A stretch of DNA of 64,000 bases, taken from Candidatus Peregrinibacteria bacterium. Its GTDB lineage: Bacteria > Patescibacteriota > Gracilibacteria > UBA1369. Where the stretch lies: assembly GCA_963708185.1 (NCBI GenBank), contig OY970195.1, positions 1,024,001-1,088,000 on the forward strand, in the 5' to 3' direction. Of this stretch, positions 9,781 through 19,700 are shown one piece after another (positions within the stretch are counted from its first letter, which is position 1; each line of letters opens with the position of its first letter). Below the pieces are notes generated by a model, which searched no databases, was not told the DNA's origin, and worked only from the letters and a program-made list of their open reading frames with translations. A program made the translations under genes and the position numbers.

Positions 9781-10143
9781 ATGGCAATGCGCACACCCTT
9801 ATCACTTGAAGAAATGAAAGAACTTCATGAACGGTTTCCTCACGAACCGATGAGCGAAGAACAAAAAATCGATTTTCGCGCGATGAGAGACAAGTGGGCT
9901 TCGGAAGGTCACCTTCCTGAAGCTTTTGAACCCAAAGATATCGAGGAAATCGAGGCCCAGGTCCGTACCCAGATCGGTTTCATTTTTGAAAAAGTCCGTT
10001 CTCACAAGTTGGGTGGTGAGGAGTTCGGAAAATTTTTCAAAGTCGTCGGCTACCTCAGAAAATCAAATCTGATCGGTGCGAGGCTCTATGAAGAGGCCAT
10101 GGAGGTTTTGAACCCGATGTTTCCGAGACCGCCAAAGGATTAA
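9781..10143 (+). CDS. Hypothetical protein
   Basis: 120-aa ORF filling the gap between purM and dprA, with an upstream promoter-like sequence. No recognised motif. Confidence 0.65.
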   Translation: MAMRTPLSLEEMKELHERFPHEPMSEEQKIDFRAMRDKWASEGHLPEAFEPKDIEEIEAQVRTQIGFIFEKVRSHKLGGEEFGKFFKVVGYLRKSNLIGARLYEEAMEVLNPMFPRPPKD

Positions 10144-10211
10144 ATTCAGGATATTTTTAGAAAAATTTTAAACGGCGTCAGCTATCATTGCTTCGCCGTT
10201 TTTTATTGATC

Positions 10212-11318
10212 ATGGAAAAATTCCTTCATGCCATCAACAGCGTCCCGGGCTGCCATTGGAAAATCATGCAAAGTCTTTGGAAACGTTTCGGAGACTGGGA
10301 ATACGTCTGGAAACACGCCGACCTGCGCGACATTACCGCTGCATTGAACGGAGAAACCGGCGGAAACCTTCGTCCGAGAATCACCGGACAAAATTTTGCG
10401 GGGCGGCTGGCTGAGTTTCGCTCGAAGTTCGATGCGGATGCCGAGTTCGCGAAACTTTGGGAAAAGGATATTGCGGTCGTGAGCCGACGAAATCCCGAGT
10501 ATCCGGAAAGCCTGCTGCACCTGCCCCAAGCACCTTTCCTGCTCTATCGCAAAGGAGCTCCTCTTTCACGTGATTTCCGCTATTTTGCCATGGTCGGTAC
10601 GCGTCACCCCAGTTCGTACGGGGAAAAAATGGCCTACGACATTGCGGAAGCTTTCGCGAGGTGCGGAGCCGTCGTGGTCAGCGGACTCGCCTTCGGCATC
10701 GATGCCGTCACCCATTTTGCCGCCGTTTCTTCAAACAAACCAACGGTAGCCGTCCTTGCCTGCGGTCTTTACGAAATCACTCCAACGGGGCACCGGTCGC
10801 TGGTGGAAGAAATACTACGCTGCGGGGGCACGCTGCTTTCCGAGTATCCGCCACATGACCCCGCGTATCCGGGCCGTTTTCTGGAAAGAAACCGCATTAT
10901 CGCCGGATTGAGCGAAGCGACTCTGGTGCTGGAAGCCGGAATGAAATCCGGAGCGCTTTCCACCGCCCGTCATGCGCTCGACTGCGGACGCGACGTGTAC
11001 GTTTTACCCGGAGATATTACACGATCGCAGGCTGAAGGATGTCTTGATCTGCTGGCAAAAGGAGCGATTCCCATCATCAATGTTCACCATCTTCTCCAGC
11101 AGCTGGGATTTTCTCCTTCGGCAAAAAGGCCGGCCGTAGTTTCCGATGAAGAAGCTCTGCTTTTGCAATGTTTGTCCGTTGCTCCGTTCAGCGCGGACGA
11201 GCTGTGCATGAAAACCGGTTTCCCCGTTGACCGCATGAACGTTTTGCTCACCGAACTGGACCTCAAAGGACTTATCTTCACGAACAAAGACATGCTGTGG
11301 GAAACGGCAGGTTCATAG
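10212..11318 (+). CDS. dprA: DNA-processing protein DprA
   Basis: YPESL, AMVGTRHPSSYG, VVSGLAFGIDA, FLERNRIIAGLS, EAGMKSGALSTA and a C-terminal winged helix. Confidence 0.95.
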   Translation: MEKFLHAINSVPGCHWKIMQSLWKRFGDWEYVWKHADLRDITAALNGETGGNLRPRITGQNFAGRLAEFRSKFDADAEFAKLWEKDIAVVSRRNPEYPESLLHLPQAPFLLYRKGAPLSRDFRYFAMVGTRHPSSYGEKMAYDIAEAFARCGAVVVSGLAFGIDAVTHFAAVSSNKPTVAVLACGLYEITPTGHRSLVEEILRCGGTLLSEYPPHDPAYPGRFLERNRIIAGLSEATLVLEAGMKSGALSTARHALDCGRDVYVLPGDITRSQAEGCLDLLAKGAIPIINVHHLLQQLGFSPSAKRPAVVSDEEALLLQCLSVAPFSADELCMKTGFPVDRMNVLLTELDLKGLIFTNKDMLWETAGS

Positions 11319-11320
11319 CG

Positions 11321-13252
11321 CTACTCCACGATCGCGGTGACGCGATGGACCTCTTCGAGGGTGGTGATGCCTTTGAGGACTTTGAGGACCCCGTCTTCAC
11401 GCATCGTGAGCATGCCTTTGCGTCTGGCGGCTTCAATCATTTTGGTCGAACTTGCCTTGTTGAGAATGAGGTCGCGCATTTCAAAATCCACGTTGACCAT
11501 TTCCACGACGGACATTCGTCCTTTGTACCCGGTGTGGCTGCAGACGTCGCATCCGGGGGCTTTGGGAAGTTCGGCGGGGACGCTAAGACCCTGTACCGAA
11601 GGGCGGATTTTCATGATGATTTCGATCGTCTTGTTAAGTTCGTCGAGTTCGGCTTTGGGAACTTTTTCCATCTTCTGGCAGGCCGGACAGATCCTGCGGA
11701 CAAGACGCTGGGCGATGATGCTGTTGAGCGCCGGTGCGACCATGAACGGAGGGAGTCCGATGTTGATGAGACGCGGGATGGACTCGATGGCGCTGTTGGT
11801 ATGAAGCGTGCTCAAAAGGACATGACCGGTCAAGGCGGCCTGCGCCGCGGTCTCGGCCGTTTCAAGGTCACGGATTTCACCGATCATCACCACGTCGGGA
11901 TCCTGGCGCAAGATGGCGCGCAGTCCGCCGGCAAAATCGTATCCGCGTTTTTCGTTGATCTGGCTTTGCGAAATTCCCTTCAAATGATATTCGATCGGAT
12001 CTTCCAGCGTGATGACTTTACTTTCCGGCTTGTTGTACTTGTCGAGCATGGTATAGAGCGTGGTCGTTTTTCCGGAACCCGTGGGCCCGGTAATGAGGAT
12101 CATACCGTGGGAAATGTGGGTGAGGTGTTCAACGTGCTGAAGGTTTTCTCCCCAGAATCCCATTTCCTCAAAACTCACCAGTTTGCGCCCGCTGTCCAGA
12201 AGACGGCAGACGAAGGTCTCTCCATATTCCGTCGGAAGGTCCGACACACGGACGTCGACCTTGCGATCGTTGACGGTAAAGCTGTAGCGGCCGTCTTGCG
12301 GCTCGTTGTTGATGTTGAGTTTCATCTTGCACTGGTACTTGATCTGGTTGACGATGTTTTTGTAGGTCGGAATGTCCATTTCAAAAATTGTATGGAGCAC
12401 GCCGTCGATACGGAAACGGACGCGAACGGTTTTTTCTTCCGGCTCGAAATGCATATCCGAAGCTCCTGTTTTGAGAGCACCAACGCTGATGAGATAGACC
12501 GACTCTTCCGAACTTAATGTGGGAAGCTTCTCTTTGAGCTGTGAAAGCTGCTGGATTTCCTGTTCGTACGCTTTGATTTTTTCCTCCGACAGTCTGGTTT
12601 CAAGAACTTTTTTAGGTTTGTACTGTTCGCTCTCATAGAGGCGAGTCGCTTCAAGAATTCCCGCGTCGGACGCGAGGTTGATGTTCAATTCGTATCCTTT
12701 GTTGATAAGATCCTGGAGGACGGCTTTCGTTTCGGCGTTCTGAGGATCGGCGACCGCCACGCGGACCTTTTTCCCGATCTTGAAAAACGGCATGATCAAT
12801 GCCGATTTGGCCGTTTCAGGCGGGATGAGCTTGAGCAGATCCGGGTTAATCGGAGTTACGCCGATGTTGATGTACTGCATCTTCAATTCCTTCGCTTTTT
12901 CGATGGTGGCGCGTTCTTTGAAGCCGCGGTTGATTTTTTCGAGAGTTTCATCAACGGATTTTGGCGGCTCGTTGGAAGGCGGCATGTTGGGATTCTGCGT
13001 CGTTGCAGGAGCGGCCGTATTTTCCTGAGAGGGCTGTGCAGGCGGCTGTTTCCCCTGGGCCGCTTCGATGTCTTCCTGCATGGCCGGATTGGCGGTATTG
13101 ACGACACTGGCCGGCACCGGCGGCGGGGTTTGGGGTTGCTGTTGAGCGGCAGGAGGTGCGGGCTGTTGGGGCGCAGCCGTTTGCACGGCGGGTTGAGCAG
13201 CCGACATGTTCTGATTCGGATTTCCCTGATTGTTTCCCGGTTGATCTGCCAT
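11321..13252 (-). CDS. Type IV pilus/T2SS assembly ATPase (PilB/GspE family) with Pro/Gln-rich N-terminal extension
   Basis: ASDMHFEP, PQDGR, GPTGSGKTTTLY, TLEDPIEY, LRQDPDVVMIGEIRD, STLHTN and the tetra-Cys CPAC/CDVC motif. Confidence 0.95.
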   Translation of the reverse strand: MADQPGNNQGNPNQNMSAAQPAVQTAAPQQPAPPAAQQQPQTPPPVPASVVNTANPAMQEDIEAAQGKQPPAQPSQENTAAPATTQNPNMPPSNEPPKSVDETLEKINRGFKERATIEKAKELKMQYINIGVTPINPDLLKLIPPETAKSALIMPFFKIGKKVRVAVADPQNAETKAVLQDLINKGYELNINLASDAGILEATRLYESEQYKPKKVLETRLSEEKIKAYEQEIQQLSQLKEKLPTLSSEESVYLISVGALKTGASDMHFEPEEKTVRVRFRIDGVLHTIFEMDIPTYKNIVNQIKYQCKMKLNINNEPQDGRYSFTVNDRKVDVRVSDLPTEYGETFVCRLLDSGRKLVSFEEMGFWGENLQHVEHLTHISHGMILITGPTGSGKTTTLYTMLDKYNKPESKVITLEDPIEYHLKGISQSQINEKRGYDFAGGLRAILRQDPDVVMIGEIRDLETAETAAQAALTGHVLLSTLHTNSAIESIPRLINIGLPPFMVAPALNSIIAQRLVRRICPACQKMEKVPKAELDELNKTIEIIMKIRPSVQGLSVPAELPKAPGCDVCSHTGYKGRMSVVEMVNVDFEMRDLILNKASSTKMIEAARRKGMLTMREDGVLKVLKGITTLEEVHRVTAIVE

Positions 13253-13415
13253 ACAAAGTTACAGATATATCCATATATTTTAGCATAAAAGTGCTGAAAA
13301 GTTAAAGCCAAAGCATGCGTCAGGACATTAAATTTCAAAATGGTCAATTTTGGCTTTTAGACTTAAAAAAATGACTGAAATCTGGTATACTTATAGGAAA
13401 AATAAAAACCAAAAT

Positions 13416-13736
13416 ATGGAAAAGAACGAACTTTACGAAAATTTGTTGACCGAACTGGACCGAAGCCTGGTCGTTGATGACAAAACCAGAAGCTACTGGC
13501 TCAAAAACTATAAAACTCTCCCAAAGACCGCGGTCGAACTTTTTTACGAGCAATTAAAAATGACCGACACCCGTGTGAACGTCTACATAGCCGCGGCCAT
13601 TGATGCCGACCCCAGTCTATCCGAAGAAATCACCCAAAAAGGGCGGGAAGCGAGAAAAAAACTTCTAAAATTTTTGGAAACGCAAAGCAATCAAGAAGAA
13701 AATCCTGAAGAGTTTCTCAAAACTCACCTCAAATAA
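13416..13736 (+). CDS. Small helical hypothetical protein, cassette 2 upstream partner (paralog of 746-1072)
   Basis: The ATG at 13416 gives 106 aa that align with 746-1072. The ORF ends 9 bp before the giant ORF. Confidence 0.8.
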   Translation: MEKNELYENLLTELDRSLVVDDKTRSYWLKNYKTLPKTAVELFYEQLKMTDTRVNVYIAAAIDADPSLSEEITQKGREARKKLLKFLETQSNQEENPEEFLKTHLK

Positions 13737-13745
13737 TTTTTTTTC

Positions 13746-16700
13746 ATGCCGGAAATTTTTCAACCAGAGCAGGCAAAGATCTCGTCGGTCGAAAAAAAAG
13801 CAGCAGTGATCGACAAAGAGACCAAGAAAAAGACCAATGAACAACTGGAGTCGGAACTCCTGGCCAAGCACGACGTGTTTTTCAAGCAGGTGGATTCCAC
13901 CGATAAAACTTTCAAGGAAGCGGATAAACTCAAAACCGAGGAAGCGAAAAAGGCCATGGGGAAAGACAAACAGGAAATCAAAGATCTTCTTTTGAAAGCT
14001 GCCCAGAGCGGTGAGGATATCCTTGCGAAAAAGGAGGAAAATCCGAATCTGAGCACCATCCAGCAAAGCGCCGACCGGATTTCCAAACTGACCGGGACGG
14101 TTTCCGAAAATTTAGCTTTCTTTCAGGACATGGACAAAGCCGACGAATCCCTGAAACTTGCCAAAGATTCGCTGAAAGCGATAGAAACCTATGCGCCCTC
14201 TCCCGGCCAGGCCATGCCGGAACATGCCGTCGGATGGCAGAAACGTTATAAGTCCGAACTTCAAAACGGTCTCGCCAATCTCGGTGAGTTCGGCGCCGGC
14301 GGATACCTTGCAAAGTACCCGTCCATAAGTTCTCCAGAAATGAAAGCTGTCTATGACAAGATCAAAAAAGGGGCCGACGGCGCCATGGAGCATCTGACCG
14401 ACAGCCGCATGCGGTTTCTCGATAATTACGGAGATAAATTCAACACTGAATTCGACGACAAGGGAAATGAAAAACCTCTGAGCGAAGAACAGAAGAAGGT
14501 CATCAACAAACTCAAGGAAGTCCGCAATGGCGGCTCCGGCGGACCGCAAGGGGAATCGTACGACGGATACAGCATGATGATGTCCCTGATGTCCTCCGGC
14601 AAGATGCAGCTCGAAAGCGCCAAAACCGCTACCGACAACAAACAACGACAGGCTTTCCTGGACACCGCCAAAGAAAATTTCACGGATGCAAAGCATGACG
14701 CATATATCGTCGGATTTGAACTGTCCGGCATTGATGCCCAGAATCTCCCGGACGATTTCGCCGCCATTTACTACACCATGAACGGCAACAGTGCTTCTGT
14801 GCTCAAGGAAGCCGGAGATGAGCTCGATAAACTTGAAAAAGGCAATAGCCTCGTCGACAGCAAGGATGTTGTTGACTCCAGTGAAAAAGAGTATTCCGAA
14901 GGCGACGATTCACCGAAGAAAGCATACGAAACCGCTCTCAAGATCAGGGACGGCGTCATGGACGCCAAGGAGTTCGACCTCCACAGTCCACTGCTCGGCC
15001 CCACAGTTGAAAAGGCACTGACGAAACTGTGCGCGCTCAAAGGAAAGCTCACCCAGGTCGACCGCGCGACGTTGCCGCGCGAATATCAGGCCCGTTTTGA
15101 CGCATTGAGTTCAACGGTCGATGCCAACGTCCAGGAGCTGGCGCAGGTCCAGATGGTGATCAAGAACAACAAACTTACCGAGACGATCAACTCAAAGAAC
15201 GAATTCAACAAAGATGGGAAAGAGTATTTCAAGATGGTCAAAAAAGAGATCAACGGACAAAGCGTGGTGGTCGTGGAACAAACCGAAGAGTTCAAAAAAC
15301 TTCCGCCCGAACAGCAAAAAATTTTTCTTTCCCAATACGCCGCCGTTCCGGCCGAAGTCACTCTGGACCTCACGAGAAAAATGGACATGAAGGAGGACAA
15401 GGACTGGAACGAAGGGTTGGCGAAATTCGAAAACGGAGATTGGCAGGGAGCAAAGAAACAGTTGCTCAATTATTGCAACAAATTCAGCTCGAACGCCGAT
15501 AAGTCCGTCCAGGTCAGCTCGGCGACGAGTCTGTTGCAGGCGATCGTCAAAATCGAATTCCAACAGGCAAAGGAGAACTTCCAGACGATGGCGGATGTCC
15601 AGAGCGATCGCGGAGAGATCAACGGAGTGACGCGCGAAGACCTCGGTGTTTCCGTGCTTATGGGGTGGAAGAAAATCGACGCGGCAGAGGGGGTCATCAA
15701 TTCCAAAAAATGTCCGCTCACCATTGAAGAGGTCTGGAGCCAGGTCGGAAGAGCCGGCGGCAAGGATCTTGTGGTGGATGGCATCTCCTTCATGGACCCG
15801 CGCGTTCAGCAACGCATGCTGGCGGAACCCGACCCCGAAAAGCGTCGTGCCAACATCCTCCAGCTCGCCAAGGCGGCGCAGGACGCGGGCATGACTCCGT
15901 TCGCCAAAAAGTATTATGAAATGTACTTCAGCGAACAGATTTCCGAAAAGAAAAAAACGATCAGCCGCGACGACGTCGTCAAGGCTTTTGACAGCAAACC
16001 TGACAGCCAGGAACAGGTCCGCGCCGGCATTAAGGCGGCACACGAGCAGGCAAAAACGAAATTCATTACTGAACGGAACAGACGACTCGGCCTGAACGGT
16101 TACGTTGCCCTCAACCCGAACGATCCCGTCATCCTTGAGGAAAATAAAATCCTGGCAAAATGGGAAGCCGACTACTCAGCCAATAGCGGCGACATCGAAC
16201 AGCGGGTCCGCAACGGCATCATCGACGACCTGTGGACCAAAGAGGCCAAGAAAGCCGTGCATAAGGACATGATGTCCGTTCCGGACAACGTCAACCTCAA
16301 CGGTTCCAAGGAATGGAAGGAAGCATACAGCGGTCATTTCGGTGTGGCTGAAAACATCTCCGGATCATCACTGGTCTTCACTTCCGACGACATCCGCAAC
16401 ACCGCGGCTGAAATCGCGGTGGGCATTCTCTATCTGGAAATTGCCGCGGCCGCCGGCGCCATTACCGGCGGCATGGCGAGCGCCGCCATACTTGGCGGCG
16501 CTGCTGAAGTCGGCGCCGGCACGCTCTTCGCTTCCGAAGCGACCGGGTTCCTGGTCGAAGGCGCCGTGATGCATTCCGTAAGCGTCGGTCTGAACGAAGG
16601 CGCCGCGGGGTTCAAGGATACCGGCAAATTCATGAAAGGACTCGTCACAACGTACGCCACGCTGGGTATCATGAAAGGTACCGGCTCCGTTCTCGGGAAG

Positions 16701-19700
16701 ATCGGTTCAAAGGGCGGACAGGCCGTCGTGGAAGGCGGCAGTGAATTTGTCACACCGTTCACCAAAGGACTCGGAGAAACGGCGGCGGGATTCGGAAAAG
16801 GAGCCTTGAAGTTCACCGGGAAAGCCGTGCTGGATTCGACGCTTATGACCGGCATCAGCTGGGGAAGCGAAAAAATACTCAACGGAAAATCCATGTCTTC
16901 CGATGCGCTGCTCCGCGCCTTCGGCGACAACATGGTCACCTTCATGGTCATGGGCGGCGTGCATAAAGCCGTTGACGTCGGGGCAGAAGGACAAGGTCCG
17001 GGAATCAAAGACACCAAGGAAGCGAAAGAGCTGCGTGACAGCATTACCAGATCGTTGGAGGCGGAAAATAATGCAGAAAAGGCCCGTGAAATCGCTGACG
17101 AAGCGAGAAGGTCAAGTAATCCCGATGCGCCAAAACTTGAAAAGAAAGCGACCCAGCTGGAACATGAAGCAAGAGATGCCGAGGCCGTCGCCAAGAAGGC
17201 CATTGAAGCCGAACGCGCGACGCGTCTCAACGAAATGCAGACAAAAATCGACGCCATGAAAAAAGACCTTGAGAAAAAAGACATCTCTCCGGAAGAAAAG
17301 AAACGGATTGAATTCATGGTCGAACAGTTTGAAAAAATCAAAACAGACGGCGGGGCGTTGGGGACATCGGAAAAAGCCCTGTTCGAAGAACACCGCACGG
17401 TTGAGGTTCCTGACCCTGAAAATCCCGGCAAGACCAAAAAAATCGACCTTTTTGAAAACTTCAACAGCAAGAACTTCGCGTACTCCAAAGAAATGGTGGA
17501 GTTGATGAACAACTACGACAAGCTCCTCAAGGAAGGACCGAAAATCATCAAACACGGCGGTGATGAGATCGTCATTCTCCACGCCGGGCCTGACGGAAAA
17601 GTTCAGATGTTCTTCGGCGATATCGGCAACATGGGGCCCACCAACGAGTTCGCACTGAGACTCAAGGGCAATAATGCCAACATGGTGGACCTTTATCTCC
17701 ATGACTTCGCCGAGGTCGTCAAAGCGCGTTTCAAGCCGGGACAGGCTGTTGACGGGCAGGCTTTGCTGACGGAAATCAAAACCGAGCTTTCCAAAAAATA
17801 TTTCGGCATCGAATCCGAAGCCGATTTCAACACGATGAAAGCGCAGTGGAATCTGGACGGCACCTGGGAGGATTACCAACGGAACATGGGCAACGCCCGC
17901 ATCCTCGCCGGATTCCGTTCAAGCGCCAGAGGTTTGCAGAAAGAGTTTGCCGAACAGGTCGGAGACCGGCCGGCCGACGCCGCGCGAGACAACAAGGAGT
18001 TCGCCGACTTCATCCAGAAAAAAATCGACGGTCTGGATACCGGTACGCCACCCTTAACCGAAATTTTAAAGAAAAATCTGAGCGCCCTCAACAAGTCCGG
18101 CGCCCTGAAAGATCTTTTCCCGGATCTTCCCGAAGGCGGAGGTAACCTGAACGAAACGACGCTTTCAGATATTCTGTCCAAGCCACAGCGCACGGCGGAA
18201 GACAACATGCTGTTGTATTTCGCCCTGCAGCGGGTCAACGCAGGAGGTATTTCTTCCCTCGAGGGGATGGATGCCACAGGGGTTGAGGGCGCTCGCGAAA
18301 GGTTCGGAAAAATCAAACAACCGGCTTCCGACGCCACCCTCATGGATTTTCAGATGGCCGGCATCGATGTTCCGAAATTTGAAAACCGTGACTTCAACAC
18401 GACCGACATGAAGTTCTTCCTGGATAAAGTCCTTGAAGACGGGCTCCACGAAGCCAAGAAGAACAAGGAAAAACTCAATATTTACCAGGCGGAAAATCCA
18501 TTCGACCAGAACGGCGAACTTAGGACCGATGTCGCCGGGTCAAAAGAAAACCATGATGCATACGAAAAATCGAAAAACGACAAGAAAGGCGACATCATCG
18601 CCCAGACCCAGAAAGATATCCATGCGGCCGAGCAGAAACTCGACGAAATCAGCCAGGAGGTCCAGAAAATTCTTGAAAAGAAACCGTTAAATTCTGCTGA
18701 CACCAAACACCTCACCGACTTACAAAAACAGTACGATGCTCTCATCAAAAAGGTGGAAGCGGACAAATACAAAGATGCCGAGACCGGAGCCGACCGACCG
18801 GGGAAATATGCGGAAAACATGGATTTCTGGATGCGCGACCGCAACGGTAAACCGATCGAAAAACCCTACCAGATGTACCGCGAATTCGTCATTGACCTTC
18901 ATAACACCGGAGCGATCAACGGTCAGAAAGGTTACGCAACCACAGACTCCGCAATGAAACTGATCGCGAACTTCATGATGACGAAATTTCCCGGAGCCTC
19001 TTCGATCATCCGCACCGGCGGAGGCTCGTTCAAGCTGGTGTTCATGGACTCGAGGCAAATACCAATGCACGAAGGTAAGCCAATAAGCGTTGAAGCTCAG
19101 CAATCGATGATTAAGAGCGTTCTGCCGGAACTCAACGCGGAAGTCCAAAAAATCGTCGAAGCTGACACCAAAACCGTCGTTGACGGCAACGTACGCGACG
19201 CGACGGAGTACTTCAGGACGCGGGGGGGAAAGCCGGCCGCCGTCGGGGAAGTTTCGCTGGTTTCTTCCAGTGCCGTGGATCACGAAGAGTTCGCTTCACG
19301 GGCCAAGCAGGTTGGTCCACCAAGAACGCTTTTCAGTATCTTTGAACAGCGTGGAGTGGAACCAGTTCCTCCCGATGAATCCTCAACGCTGCCGATGGCT
19401 CCGGGTGAATCGACAACGTTGTCGAAAGCTCCGAAAGTTGAAAATCTGCCGAAGGTCGGTGATACCGTTCACCTTCTTGCATTCGACGGAGCTGTGGACA
19501 CTTTTGTCATCGAAAGCATCGATAAAGACACCGGCAAGGTCAGACTGAAAGAACCGAATTCCGATATCTTCCGCACCGTCGAAAGCGTTAAAGCCCTGCA
19601 AGGTGAAATCCTCAGAACGAAAATCGAGACCGATCGTGCGAGTGTTCCCAAAGAAGACCTTATCCGTGCGGACATCGCTTCAGGCAAGCTGAAACTGGAT

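Noticed and set aside
11297-12517. Long opposite-strand ORFs (also 4367-5293, 16430-17512, 56117-57295, 58091-59326)
   Set aside because: They are antisense shadows of well-supported genes and carry no motifs.
17520-19270. Cas10 or a CRISPR-Cas locus
   Set aside because: Only palm-like motifs are present. There is no HD domain, cas gene or repeat-spacer array anywhere in the window.
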